Source: an uncultured Gemmataceae bacterium (GTDB lineage: Bacteria > Planctomycetota > Planctomycetia > Gemmatales > Gemmataceae). Taken from it: a stretch of 64,000 nt of DNA. The stretch lies in assembly GCA_963750165.1 (NCBI GenBank), contig CAVVPN010000003.1, positions 1,792,001-1,856,000 of the forward strand, given 5' to 3'. Positions 11,810 to 22,901 of the stretch are shown here, one piece after another. Numbering within the stretch: position 1 is the first letter of the stretch; every line of letters begins with the position of its first letter. The notes beneath the pieces were generated by a model. It was not told the DNA's origin, ran no database searches, and was given only the letters and a program-made list of their open reading frames with translations. The translations under genes and the position numbers were made by a program.

Positions 11810-12085
11810 CGTTCTGCCCCTGGGAACGGCTGCCAGCATGAACAACAACTAACCTTCATTTATACCACTTCATCGCGGGATAGCATCGCATGAATTCGGT
11901 CGCCGGGCGCAGCGGACTTCCCGATGCCGATTGAACGCCCATTCACTACCATTGGCCTGGACGGACCGTTCGAGGAATGGTCTAATGCGTCTGAAAACCA
12001 ATCGTCGCCCGACCCGGCGTGTAAGCTCTTCTCTCCCCGCCGGTATTTACTCACGACCACAACCATAACCGCAGAGGACCAGGAC

Positions 12086-13527
12086 ATGAAGAAATGGATC
12101 GCGTGCTTGGTGATGGGCGTCTTCACGGTCGCGGCGTTAGGAGGCGACGGACCGGTCGTGTGGCCGCAGTTCCGTGGGCCGGGCGGCTCCGGCGTGGCGG
12201 ACGGCCAGAAGCCGCCCGTCGAATTCGGCCCCGACAAGAACGTCAAGTGGAAGGTGACCGTCCCCCCTGGGTTTTCCTCGCCGATCGTCGTGGGCGACAA
12301 ACTCGTGCTCACAGCGTTCGAGGGCGGCAAACTGTACACGATCGCCTACCGCCGCAGCGACGGCAAGGAACTCTGGCGCGCCCACGCTCCGGCGAAGCAG
12401 ATCGAGGAGTTCCACAAGACCGAGGGCAGCCCGGCCGCGTCCACGCCGGCGACGGACGGCAAGCGCATCGTCTCGTATTTCGGCTCGTGCGGGCTCTTCT
12501 GCTACGACCTGGACGGCAAGCAATTGTGGAACTTCGAGCTGCCTCCGGCCGAGATTTTCGGCGCTTCGGCAGCGGCGTCTCGCCGGTCATTGCGGACGGA
12601 CTGGTCGTGCTGCTGCGCGACGTGACGAAGGACGCGAAAATCCTGGCGCTTGACATGGCTGGCGGCACGCTCAAGTGGGAGAAGCCGCGGCAGTCGCCGA
12701 CATCGTTCGGCACACCGGTTGTGTGGGACACGCCGGCCGGCAAGCAGGTGGTGGCGCCCGGGTTCGGCCGGCTGATCGGCTACGACCTGAAGACCGGCGC
12801 CGAGAAGTGGGTGGTGGCCGGCATGCCGGCCGTGTGCTGCCCGTCCCCGGTCGTGGCGGACGGCAAGCTGTTCTTCGCGGGCTGGTCGCCCGGCGACGCG
12901 GAGGAGAAGGATTTCAAAATGCCGACGTTTGACGATCTGCTGAAGCAGGCCGGCCAGGAGAAACTCGGGTATCTGACCAAAGCGGCCTCCGAGAAGACCT
13001 TCCTGAAGGGCTTCTTCGACAACAACGACACGAACAAGGATGGCAAACTCACCCGCGCGGAATGGGACCTGGCCATGAAGCACCTGGCCACGTCCAAGAA
13101 CAGTGCGTTCGCGCTGAAGGCCGGCGGGACCGGCGACGTGACGGAGACCCATGTGTTGTGGAAAAAGAAGAAGGGCGTGCCCTACATCCCGTCGGCGCTG
13201 GTGTACCGCGGGCAGTACGTCATGATCCGGGACGGCGGCCTGGTCACCGCCTATGACGAGAAGACGGGCAAGGACGTGTACGTGCAGGCGCGGGTGGCCG
13301 CGCCCGGCCGCTACTACGCTTCGCCAGTGGCCGCGAACGGCCACATTTATTTCACCTCCCTGGACGACGGCGTGGTGACAGTGATCAAGGCCGGGGCGGC
13401 CAAGGCGGAGGTGGTGGCGCAGAACCCGGCCCTCGGGGAGCGGGTGGCGGCCACTCCGGCCATCGCGGATGACACCCTGTATGTCCGCACCGCCGGGCAC
13501 CTGTATGCCTTTGCCCAGAAGAAGTGA
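12086..13527 (+). CDS. PQQ-like/BamB-type beta-propeller protein with EF-hand-like insert; apparent frameshift near 12560
   Basis: Signal peptide, 'WPQFRGPGGSG', 'SSPIVVGD', 'DTNKDGKLTRAE', 'ATPAIADDTLYVRT'. Confidence 0.85.
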
Positions 13528-13535
13528 GCCGTTCT

Positions 13536-13585
13536 TTCGTAGTGCAGGCGGCCCTGTGACGCGACAGGGCCGCCTGCACTACGAA
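13536..13585. repeat. GTAG-type palindrome (22-bp perfect stem)
   Basis: ttcgtagtgcaggcggccctgt-gacgcg-acagggccgcctgcactacgaa. Confidence 0.8.
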
Positions 13586-13974
13586 ATGGCGAATGGGAGA
13601 ACGGGCTCGCGAAGAAGCGCATCGGGGCGATCTGGACGCTCAATACGCAACTGGAAGACTTCCCGCTCGCAGACGCCCGTGGTTACGGCGCCGCCGTCCG
13701 CAACCTGCTCGACCTGGTCCGTACCGACCTCGATTCCTTCACTGCGGGCGAGATCACATGTCTGGAGAACCACGGCTACTCGCTGGCCGACGCGGCGCTG
13801 CGGTCGCGGGCGCCGGACCTCTGCCCAAATGTGGCCGCCCCGTTCCGGTGGCCGCACCCGGACTGGTCGGCCGACGGCAAACTTCAAGAAGCGCTGGCGA
13901 ACAGCGCGTCGCGGAAGATCGAGAGCGACCTGTGGCGCTACTTTACCGGCTGGCGCGCGCGTCCCAGGGGCTAA
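13585..13974 (+). pseudogene. Headless 3' fragment of a patatin-like phospholipase gene
   Basis: Frame not in the ORF track: '..AVRNLLDLVRTDLDSFTAGEITCLENHGYSLADAAL..*' resembles the patatin C-terminal RTDLD-F..E...LENHGY motif. No in-frame ATG; in-frame TAG at 13540 upstream. Confidence 0.65.
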
Positions 13975-14008
13975 CGCCCTGGCTACCACCTGCCGCTCCT
14001 CCGGGGCT
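13962..14008. repeat. Half of a REP-like element (ccaggggctaacgccctggcta..gccgctcctccggggc)
   Basis: Small hairpins. Supplies the TAA stop of the patatin fragment. Confidence 0.5.
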
Positions 14009-14222
14009 ACACCCGTCCGCCACGCGCGCTAACCTCCTGAAGCCCTGCCGATCACGCGCTCGGTGCCGCAGTGCGGACACTGAAATTGCTTGCCGGGCGC
14101 CGCCCCGTGGACGTTGACGGCCTTGCCGCAGGCGAGGCAGCGCTGCACCGTCGCGGCCGACAGGGCGCGCACCCCCGAGCCGCGATCAAGGCGAACCCAC
14201 ATTCACCCCGCCCTGTGCAGGT

Positions 14223-16051
14223 TCATGAAGCACCGTCCTCCGCGCCCACGCGAATGCCCACCGCGCGCATCAGCGCCAGGGCGTTGCTGTGCGTCACCAC
14301 GCCCGGCCGCAGCCGATAGTCGAAGTGCAGCGTGCCGCCCTCCAACTGATCCTCGAAATGGACGTTGCGCGCCAGCGGTTCGAGGTTCGCGGCAATTTGC
14401 GTCAGCGCCAGGTCGTGCGTTGTCACCAGGCCGATGGCCGGCCGTTCCAGCAGCGTGCGCAGGATGCCCTCGGTGCCGATGCGGCGGTCGTGCGAATTGG
14501 TGCCGTGCAGGATTTCGTCGAACAAATACAGCAGCGGCAGCGGCCCCTGCGTCAGGTCGAGCACCTGCCGCAGCCGCGTGATCTCCGCGTAAAACCGCGA
14601 CTTGCCCGCCTGCAGCGAATCCTGGATGCGCAGCGTCGCGCCGATGGCCAGCGGCGACAGCCGTAGCCGCACCGCGCGCACCGGCGCCCCGCCAGCGCCA
14701 GCACCGCGTTGACGCCGACCGTGCGCAGAAAAGTGCTCTTGCCCGACATGTTCGAGCCGCTGACCAGCAACAGCCGTTGTTCGCCGCTCAGGCACACGTC
14801 GTTGGTGACGCACGTCCGCCGCGGCAGCAGCGGATGGCCCAGGCCGGTGCCCTCGAACAGCGGCCCAGCGGCGACCACCTCCGGAAACGGGTCGGCCGGG
14901 TTCTCGAAGGCGTAGCCGGCCAGGGCGGTCAGCGCCTCGATCTCGCCGACGGCCTCGACCCAGCGCGGCAGCGCCGCCGCGGTCTGCCAGCGCCAGCGCT
15001 CCACCTGGAATGCTGTCTGCGTCGTCCACAGCACGAACGGGGCGATGATGCCGAACAACTGGTTCTTTGAGGAATCGAGCCGGTCGATCAGCTGCGACAA
15101 CTGCGCCAGTCGCCGCGACGGCGGTTCGCCCGCGGCACGCAGCGCCGCCTGCAACTCGACCAGGCGCGGCGCCGCGAAGCGCGCACGCTCGATGGCCGTG
15201 AGCAGGTGCGTCAGGTGGAACAGGTCCAGCGACTGGCCGTGCAATCCTTCCAGCGCGTGCCGCACGCGCGGCGCCACCCACAGCGCGAAGCCGCCCTGCG
15301 CCAGCAGCGCCACCATGACCCAGGCGAAATGCACCTGGCCGAAGGACCACGCGGCCACCAGGGCCCACGTCAGCGTCACCAGCGCCAGCGCCACCCAGCC
15401 GGCCAGCGGCAGCGGCGCGTGCGCCACCTTGCCGGCCCAGGCAGCCAGGCCCGCGGTGTCCACGCCCGCCGGCACGTCGCCGCCGGTCAGCGTCAGCTGC
15501 TCGCGCCAGTCGAACAGGTCGCGCAACTCGCGCACCGCCTCCTGCCGCGGCCCCAGCTCCGCCGGCGTTCCCGGAGCCGCGAGCCAGCGTGCCAGGGTGT
15601 CGCGGCCCACCCGGGTGCGGGCCGTACACAGCCGCTCGAACAGCGAGCCCTTGCCAAACAGGTCCAGGTCCGCGGCGTACAGGTGATTCTCGTCGAAGTA
15701 ATTGACGCCGCTGACGCCGGTGCCGGCCCAGCGGTCGTCAAGGCGGCCCAGGCCGCGCTCGTAGAAGGCGATGCCGCGCCGCGCCTGCCGGTCGGCGCGG
15801 GTGGCGCTCAGGAACGGCGGCGTCAGCGCCACGAAGCCGAGCGCCGGCACCGCCAACAGGAAAGGCGTCCACACCTGAAACACCACCGTCGGCCAGAAGA
15901 TGACAAAGGCGAGCGCGAATAACCAGAAGCGCAAGTTGCCGAGCCAGGCCAGGCGGCGCTGCTGCTCGGCATGGCGGGCGCGGAAGTGGTCGAGCCGCTG
16001 TTGATAGGCCAGGCGCGGGTCGGGAGACGGCACGGCGGACGTGAGGGGCAT
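14223..16051 (-). CDS. MutS-related ATPase with N-terminal transmembrane segments; apparent frameshift near 14690
   Basis: Walker A 'SGSNMSGKSTFLR', 'DSLQAGKSRFYAEI', 'LFDEILHGTNSHDR', 'LVTTHDL'; hydrophobic N-terminus. Confidence 0.88.
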
Positions 16052-16147
16052 TGGCAAGCCTTCGCGAGTCAGGGGACGGGTTGGCGCCGGCGGGGCGACC
16101 GGCGCTTTCAGGATACCGCGCCCCCGTCGGCGGGGCCAGACGACCAG

Positions 16148-17538
16148 CTATGCGAGCAGCGCCTGAATGGGGCTGCCCGCGCTGACGACCAGGGGCCGCC
16201 CCTGCTGATCGGTGACGTGCGCCCGCGGGTCGATGCCCAGGCAGTGGTACACCGTCGCGGCGAGGTCGGCCGGGCTGACCGGGTGCGTGGACGGGTAGCT
16301 GGCACTGCGGTCGGAGGAGCCGTGGACCTGGCCGCCGCGCACGCCGCCGCCGGCCAGCACCACCGAGTAGCAGAACGACCAGTGATCGCGGCCCGCGCTG
16401 CCATTGACGCGCGGCGTGCGGCCCATGTCACCCATCCAGACCACGAGCGTCTCGTCGAGCAGGCCGCGGTCGTCCAGATCCTGCAGCAGCGCCGCCAGGC
16501 CCTGGTCAGTGGGCGGCAGCAGCACGTTCTTCAGGTCGCGGAAGTTCTGGCCGTGCGTGTCCCAGTCGCGGTTGCCGAACGAATACAGCGTCACCAGCGG
16601 CACGCCCGCCTCCACCAACCGCCGCGCCAGTAGACAGTTCTGGCCGAACGCCGTCGGGCCGTAGCGGTCGCGGACGCGCTGCGGCTCCCGCGCCACCTCG
16701 AAGGCGGCCCGGCTGGCGGGCGACGACAGCAGCTCAAACGCCCGTCGCGTGAAGCCGTCCAGGGCGCGGGTGTTGGCCGTCGCCTCCAGCGCCGGCGCCG
16801 CCCGCGTCATCTGCTCCAGCAGCTGCCGACGGCCGCCCAGCTGCCGGCCGTCCGCCTCGGTCATCACCGCCATGACGCCGCCCAGGTCGAGCGTGCCGTT
16901 GTGCGGCCGGTTGAACGGCACCGTGAACGGGTCGTAGTGGCGGCCCAGGCAGCCCGCGTTCTGACCGAGGCTGTCGTTGTGGCCGAAGTGGCGCAGGTCG
17001 CCGAGCGTCACGTAGGAGAACACGGGCCGCGTCGCTGGCCGCAGCTTGCTGACCACCGAGCCGAGCGACGGCAGGTCCAGCGGGCTGGCCGGCGGCTCAA
17101 TGCCGAGCACGTCGCTGCGCGGGTGCGAGTAGCCGGTCAGGGCCAGGTAGGCGCCGATGGCGTGGTCGTTGTCGCGGTGGTGGACGGAGCGGACGATGGC
17201 GTAGCGGTGCGCCAGGCGGGCCAGGCGCGGCAGGTGTTCGGTGATCGCGACGCCCGGCACACTGGTGGCCACGGGGCGAAACTCGCCGCGGATTTCGGCG
17301 GGCGCGTCGGGCTTCAGATCCCAGATGTCGAGGTGCGACGGGCCGCCGTAGTTGAACACGAGGATGCACGCCCGGGCCCGGCCGGAGCGGTTCGCCGTGG
17401 GCCGCTGCGGTTGCGCGGCGCGGCGCGTAACCAGTCCGACCACAACAGGCCCGTGAAGCCGAGGCCGCCGACCCGCAGCGCCTCGCGGCGCGTGAGGCCG
17501 TCACAGAGTCGAACGCCGGAATTCTGGATGGACAGCAT
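16148..17538 (-). CDS. DUF1501 domain protein; apparent frameshift near 17425
   Basis: 'LCDGLTRREALRVG', 'GGPSHLDIWDLKP', 'CLLARRLVEAGV', 'GRTP..GRDHW'. Confidence 0.9.
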
Positions 17539-17553
17539 GGTGGTCTCCTCATC

Positions 17554-17610
17554 GTAGCGGAAGTCGCCAGACTTCCGAAGCGACTCCGGAAGTCTGGCGA
17601 CTTCCGCTAC
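17554..17610. repeat. GTAG-type REP doublet (24-bp perfect arms, each arm a hairpin)
   Basis: gtagcggaagtcgccagacttccg-N9-cggaagtctggcgacttccgctac. Confidence 0.85.
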
Positions 17611-17617
17611 CCCTTGA

Positions 17618-19006
17618 TTACGCCAGCAGCCCGTCGATCTTGTTGCCGATGACGAGGTGGTGCGGGCGGTTGGTCTGGTCGTGCAGCACGGTGTCCGCGG
17701 GCACGCCGAGCAGGTGGTACACCGTGGCGGCCAGGTCGCGCGGGTTGTGCGGTTGCGCCACGGGGTAGGCGGCGATGCCGTCGGAGGCGCCGTAGACGAC
17801 GCCCGCCGCGGCGCCGCCGCCCGCCAGGGCCACCGAGTACACCCACGGCCAGTGGTCGCGGCCGCCGTTGTTGTTGACGCGCGGCGTGCGGCCGAACTCC
17901 GCCGTGGCCAGCACCAGCGTCGAGTCCAGCAGGCCGCGCTGATCCAGGTCCGCGACCAGCGCGGCGAAGGCACGGTCGAAGGTCGGGCAGAGCAGGTCGC
18001 GCATCTGGCTGAAGTGGCGGCTGTGCGTGTCCCAGGAGCCGACCGGCGTGTGGCAGAAACTGACGTTGATGAGCGGCACACCCGCCTCGGCCAGCCGCCG
18101 CGCCAACAAGCAGCACTGGCCGAACTGGGTGCGGCCGTACCCGTCGCGCACCGCCGCCGGCTCGCCGGCGAGGTCGAACGCCCGCGCCGTCTGGGCGGAA
18201 CTGAGCAACCCGAAGGCGCGCTGGTGGTAGGCGTCGAAGGTCTGCACCTCCGCGACGCGCTCCAGGCGGCGGCGCTGGCTGTCCACTTGCTCCAGCAACC
18301 GGCCGCGGTCGTGCAGGCGCAGCAGCGGCACGTCGTCGCGCGGGCGGACGGCCTCCACGCGCACGTCGGTCGGCCGCAAATCCTGATCGACCTGGAGCGG
18401 GGCGTGGCGGTTGCCGAGGAAGCCGGGGAGTTGGCCGTGCAGCACCGTGCCGTTGTTGCGGCGCATGAGCGGCCCAACGTGAACCCATGTCGGCAGCATC
18501 CGGGACGGCCGCAGCTGGCTGAGCACAGCGCCGAAGGGCGGGAAGTCCGTCGGTGCGGGTGGGAAGTCGCCGCGGCTCTCGACAGCGGGCGGGTGGGCGT
18601 GGCCGGTCAGCGCGGCCAGGCTGGCCTGGACGTGGTTGGCGTTGCCGTGGCTCAGCGAGCGGATGACCGCCAGTTTGTGCATGAGGCGGGCAGAGCGCGG
18701 CAGCAGCTCGCCGACGCGGACGCCGGGCAGGCTGGTCGCGGTGACGCCGAACTCGCCGCGGGCCGGGGCGGGGCCATCCGGCTTGGGATCCCAGGTTTCC
18801 TGCTGGGCGTGGCCGCCGTGCAAATACAGCACGATTACGGAGCGGGCGCGGCCGAAGGTCGAGGGACGCCCCGGTTGGGCCTGTGCCCGGGCGCGGAACA
18901 GGTCGGGCAGGAGCAGGCCGAGGCCGGCGCCGACGCCGACGCGCAGCATTTCGCGGCGCGTCAGGCCGTCGCACAGGCGAACGCCCGAACCGTGGATGGG
19001 CAGCAT
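17618..19006 (-). CDS. DUF1501 domain protein
   Basis: Intact 462-aa ORF; 'LCDGLTRREMLRVG', 'AEFGRTP', 'GGRDHWP'. Confidence 0.92.
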   Translation of the reverse strand: MLPIHGSGVRLCDGLTRREMLRVGVGAGLGLLLPDLFRARAQAQPGRPSTFGRARSVIVLYLHGGHAQQETWDPKPDGPAPARGEFGVTATSLPGVRVGELLPRSARLMHKLAVIRSLSHGNANHVQASLAALTGHAHPPAVESRGDFPPAPTDFPPFGAVLSQLRPSRMLPTWVHVGPLMRRNNGTVLHGQLPGFLGNRHAPLQVDQDLRPTDVRVEAVRPRDDVPLLRLHDRGRLLEQVDSQRRRLERVAEVQTFDAYHQRAFGLLSSAQTARAFDLAGEPAAVRDGYGRTQFGQCCLLARRLAEAGVPLINVSFCHTPVGSWDTHSRHFSQMRDLLCPTFDRAFAALVADLDQRGLLDSTLVLATAEFGRTPRVNNNGGRDHWPWVYSVALAGGGAAAGVVYGASDGIAAYPVAQPHNPRDLAATVYHLLGVPADTVLHDQTNRPHHLVIGNKIDGLLA

Positions 19007-19077
19007 GGTAGTCTCCCGTTTGGCTCAATAAATCGGTTCACGTCGGCGGCCCGTTGGCTACGAGATCGATTCAGGGG

Positions 19078-20682
19078 TCAGTTCTTTTTCAGGATGACGC
19101 CCTCGTGCAGTTCCACATGGTCCCGCCCCGAGAAGGCACTCGCGTAGCCCTTGAACTGGAGTTCCTGGCCGACCTGCACTGACTGGAAGGTCATTTTCGA
19201 CCGCCCCGAACCGAAACACGGGCATTTCACCACCACGCGCACCGGCCGGGCAACCTTCTCCTTGAACCCCGCCAGTTGAAAGGTAAATTCCATCTCGTCC
19301 GATTTGGCGGCGACCACCGTGCCGGTGACGATGACCGGCTGATCGTTATATTTTTTGGTCGCAGCTTCCGGGCTGTCCACAAAGTCCTTCGTGAGCTGGG
19401 CGGCACTGACGCTGACCACCAGGTCTTTCCCCTTGGCCGTGATCTCACAACTGTGCAGAAGGCAGACGCCTTGCAGGCTGATAGACGACAGCTTGCCCCG
19501 GATAGTGACCGACTGGTTGCGGGAGAGGCGGTTGATGGCGTCTTCGTGCTTGAGGCTAAAGTTAAGCATGAGGATGTTGGGAGCCGCTCGCAACTCCACG
19601 TAGGGCTCGGAGGAGTCGCAGATCGCACGGGTCACGACGCCGGAGACCTCCAGGACTTTGCCCAGATACTTGTCCTTCGCCGCCGTCGGGTTCGCGAAGT
19701 ATTCCTTCGACAAATCCAGGTCGGTGATGGCGACGGCCGGCCCCGCGGGCGCCGGCTCGCCGCCGCCTGCCTGCTTGAGCGGCACCTCCGGCAGGACGTT
19801 AGAAATCACTTTCAGCCCCTCGTTGGGGGCTGTCTTGGCCATCCAAACCTTGACCGTCGGTGAGAACGTTCTTACGTCCGAGACATCGGATTGGCCGGCG
19901 TGAACGCCTTCCTTGTTGAGCGGTTCGTTCACCCGCACGCTGTACTGGAGACCCTTGAAAAGGATGACAAACCAGTATTCCGCCCCCGCCCGGGGACCGT
20001 CCTCAAATCGGTACGCGATCTTGTGGTCCAGGATCTTCGCGCCATCCGCCGCCGTGCGGACGGTGAGGGAAGTTTGCGTGAGAGTCACTTCTGTCCTTGG
20101 GCCGGTGTCCGGCGGCGGCTTTTCGGAGTTACCGCCCTTCTTCCCTGGGCCTGGTTTCGGGTTGATCGGCTTCTTGGCCTTGTCCGTCCCCGTGGCCTTG
20201 GCGGGATCGGCGGACTTGGACGGGAACATGTCGTTCCAGCGCATGGCGAAGACCACGCCCGCCACCACCAGCAAGATGAGCAGCACCCCGCCGCCGATGA
20301 GGTTGCGCGTCATCCCGGAACCGGCCTCGTCGTCACGCGACTGCTTGCCCTTCTTGCCTTTCTTCCGGGGCCGATCCTCTTCCTCGTCGTCTTCCTCATC
20401 CTCGTCCCGGCGGTTCACCGGTTTCTTCGCGGCGCTCGCCTTTTTCGCCGGCCGTGCCGGCGCCTCCTCTTCCTCATCCTCCGCGACGGCGGCGCGCGCC
20501 GGTTTTTTGGCCGCGACCTGCTTTTTCGGCGGCGGCGAGGCTTCCTCCAGGTCTTCTTCCTCTTCCGCGGGCACGCGCACGGTCTTCGTGCATTTCGGGC
20601 AGCGGATGAGCTTGCCGGCGAGCCCCGGCTTCGCCAGTTTCAGGGACGCCTGGCAGGCAGGGCAGGTCATCTGAATAGGCAT
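19078..20682 (-). CDS. Zinc-ribbon membrane protein with two OB-fold-like (tRNA_anti-like) C-terminal domains
   Basis: 'CPAC..GKLIRCPKC', acidic/basic linker, one TM helix, then repeated 'L.K.Y..NP.AA..KY.GK...V.G.V' domains. Confidence 0.75.
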   Translation of the reverse strand: MPIQMTCPACQASLKLAKPGLAGKLIRCPKCTKTVRVPAEEEEDLEEASPPPKKQVAAKKPARAAVAEDEEEEAPARPAKKASAAKKPVNRRDEDEEDDEEEDRPRKKGKKGKQSRDDEAGSGMTRNLIGGGVLLILLVVAGVVFAMRWNDMFPSKSADPAKATGTDKAKKPINPKPGPGKKGGNSEKPPPDTGPRTEVTLTQTSLTVRTAADGAKILDHKIAYRFEDGPRAGAEYWFVILFKGLQYSVRVNEPLNKEGVHAGQSDVSDVRTFSPTVKVWMAKTAPNEGLKVISNVLPEVPLKQAGGGEPAPAGPAVAITDLDLSKEYFANPTAAKDKYLGKVLEVSGVVTRAICDSSEPYVELRAAPNILMLNFSLKHEDAINRLSRNQSVTIRGKLSSISLQGVCLLHSCEITAKGKDLVVSVSAAQLTKDFVDSPEAATKKYNDQPVIVTGTVVAAKSDEMEFTFQLAGFKEKVARPVRVVVKCPCFGSGRSKMTFQSVQVGQELQFKGYASAFSGRDHVELHEGVILKKN

Positions 20683-20887
20683 GATCGATGCCCCGTTCTC
20701 AAGTGAAGGAGGGATTCGGGTACTGCGTTGGCGATGAGAGGAGTATACCGGATCGCTGCGGGGTTCCGCAAAAACGAAATGCTATTTTCCCCGAACGCCC
20801 GACCGGCGACGGGTCCGAGACGTGGATGGCCGCTCGCTGCCTCCTGGTGGGAAGTTCCCGTGGTGCTGGGTTGGGGTTGCGGGTAGG

Positions 20888-20996
20888 GAATCAGCGCTGC
20901 CCCAAGGTTGTCCGGGGTGTTTGTGACATGAAATGAAACGCAAGCCCTCCCTGGCACTATCTCCATTATACCGCCCAGGCCGCGCCTGGGGAACGG
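20888..20996 (-). other. Conserved non-coding element, copy A (carries TATAAT; candidate promoter plus structured RNA)
   Basis: Clearly alignable to 63300-63409; minus-strand TATAAT at 20970-20965. Confidence 0.6.
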
Positions 20997-21087
20997 TCTG
21001 CAGCCGTTCGAGAGTGCCGTTGACAAAACCGCGGCCGCCGCTATGGAGTCGCTCCAGTCCTCCGCCCCGTCCCAGGAGACCCGACCG

Positions 21088-22271
21088 ATGGTCCGTCGCG
21101 TTCTCGTGCTCGCCGCCTGTGCCCTGGCGGTCCCCCTGGTGCTCGCCGGTTCGCTGGCGCGGACCCGCCGTTCCGCTACCCCGAGGGCAAGTGTGGCACC
21201 GGCGAACTCAAGTACCGCAACGGCGTGCCGGTGCTCACGGTTTCGGGCACGCCGGAGGAGATCGGCAGCGCCGCCGGCGTGCTGGCCCTGCAACCGGGCA
21301 AGCGCATCGCCCGTTACCCCGAGGAAATCCTCAAGCGCTTCTGTGTCGGCTTCCTGTGGGGCTCCGTCGTCAAGGCCGGCCAGACGATGGTGGAGCAATT
21401 CCCCCCCGACTACCGCAAGGAGCTGGACGCCCTGGCCGTCGCCGGTCAACCCATCGGCATCACCCGTGAACAGCTGATCGCCGCCAACACGCTGTTCGAC
21501 CTGAAAAAGATCGTCGCCTGTTCCGCCCTGCTGGTCGAGCCCGGCCGCAGCGCCACCGGCGGCCCGTTGCTGGCCCGCAACCTCGACTTCCCGACGCTCG
21601 GCTATTTGCAGGAGTACAGCCTGGTCACCGTCTACCGGCCGCGGGACGCGAAACACGCCTTCGCCACCATCGGCTTCCCGGGCGTGATGGGCTGCCTGTC
21701 CGGCATGAACGACGCCGGCCTGACGGTCGCGGTCCTGGAAGTGACGCAGGTGAGAGTCGGTGAATCCTGGTTCGACATCAACGGCGTGCCGTACGCGCTG
21801 TGCTACCGCCGCGTTCTCGAAGAATGCTCGACCATCGACGAGGCTCACACGCTGCTGTCGCAGATGAAGCGCACGGCCCTGAGCAATCTGGTGGTGGCCG
21901 ACAAGCAGGGCGTGGCAGTGTTCGAGATCACGCCGCAGCGCGTGTTGGTGCGCCGCGGCCCGCACGGGGCCAGTGTCTGCACCAACCACTTCTTATCGGA
22001 CGAGCTGCGGCCGCGCGTGCAGTTGAACTTCTACAACACACTGGACCGCTTCACGGCGCTGGAGCGCGTGGCGCAGATGGATCGGCCGCTGGGCACGGCG
22101 GAACTGCACGTGGCCATGCACGCGGTCAGCCACCCGCTGGACACGTTGCAGACGATGATTTTCGAGCCGGCGACGCTGCGGCTGCACCTGGCCATGGGCA
22201 TGACGCCGTCCTCCGGGGCGGAGTTGCACGTGCTCGACCTGGGGCCACTGCTGGCGGGGAAGCTGGATTGA
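21088..22271 (+). CDS. Secreted C45-family Ntn hydrolase (AAT/acid-ceramidase-like); apparent frameshift near 21155
   Basis: Signal peptide, nucleophile 'ACSALLV', 'LLARNLDF', 'GMNDAGL', 'CTNHF'. Confidence 0.85.
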
Positions 22272-22292
22272 GTCCGGCGGCGGGAGGGGTGC

Positions 22293-22373
22293 AGCGCGCT
22301 AAGCCGCAAGCGGCAGGCCAGATGGAGGTGGAGCGCGAGCCCATCTGGCCTGCCGCTTGCGGCTTAGCGCGCT
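22293..22373. repeat. Long inverted repeat (gcgcgctaagccgcaagcggc family)
   Basis: About 33-bp perfect stem between convergent ORFs. Confidence 0.8.
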
Positions 22374-22379
22374 TAATGT

Positions 22380-22760
22380 TCACTTGGCGGAGCCCTCCGC
22401 CTTACGGGCCTCGTCCGCCAGCCCCAGCTGCGTCGCCTTGCGGAGCCGGCCGGTGGCGTTCAATTCGTCGAGCGCCTGCTTGACCAGCATCGTCTTCCGC
22501 ACCGCCCCCGGGCCGATCAATTTCGCCTTCTGGCCCATCTCCTCGGCCGCCTGGCGGGCCGCCTGCTGGTCGTTGTTCTGCAAGGCCGCTTCCAGGTCAT
22601 CATTCAAGCTCTTGAACTCGATCTCATCGATATGCTTCATCACCTCGCCGTTGGCGGAGCCGTGGCCCACCGCGGTGTAGCACACAGGCGGTCCAGCAAG
22701 GTCACCCGGGTTGCGGGCCAGTCGGACATACCAGTCACCCTCCGGAAGGTAGAACGGGCC
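22380..22760 (-). pseudogene. Degenerate 3' fragment resembling the helical C-terminal tail of vWA-domain proteins (or a small 86-aa ORF from ATG 22640)
   Basis: 'YTAVGHGSANGEVMKHIDEIEFK..KTMLVKQALDELN'. The frame stays open upstream with no convincing start; flanked by palindromes. Confidence 0.45.
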
Positions 22761-22840
22761 TCGGCGGCAATGCTTACAAGAAAAAGATCGCGCGGTCGCA
22801 AGCGGCTTATACCAAATCGCCTTGATCGTTCTGGTTTCGA

Positions 22841-22901
22841 GTCCGAGCCCGAGCGTCAGCGCGGGGCAGACTTGGCCCCGCGCTGACGCTCGGGCTCCGA
22901 C
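22841..22901. repeat. Palindrome family C (gtccgagcccgagcgtcagcgcggggc..)
   Basis: Inverted repeat; second copy at 35561-35627. Confidence 0.8.

Noticed and set aside
14223..16051. Canonical mismatch-repair MutS
   Set aside because: Too short, lacks the mismatch-binding domain and has TM helices; it is only a MutS-related ATPase.
20870..20970. Conserved peptide 'ME.VP.RA..SFH.T.TP' in both copies of the dispersed element
   Set aside because: The differences are mostly non-synonymous, the frames diverge after about 20 codons, and the ATG overlaps the TATAAT box. The similarity is better explained at DNA/RNA level.
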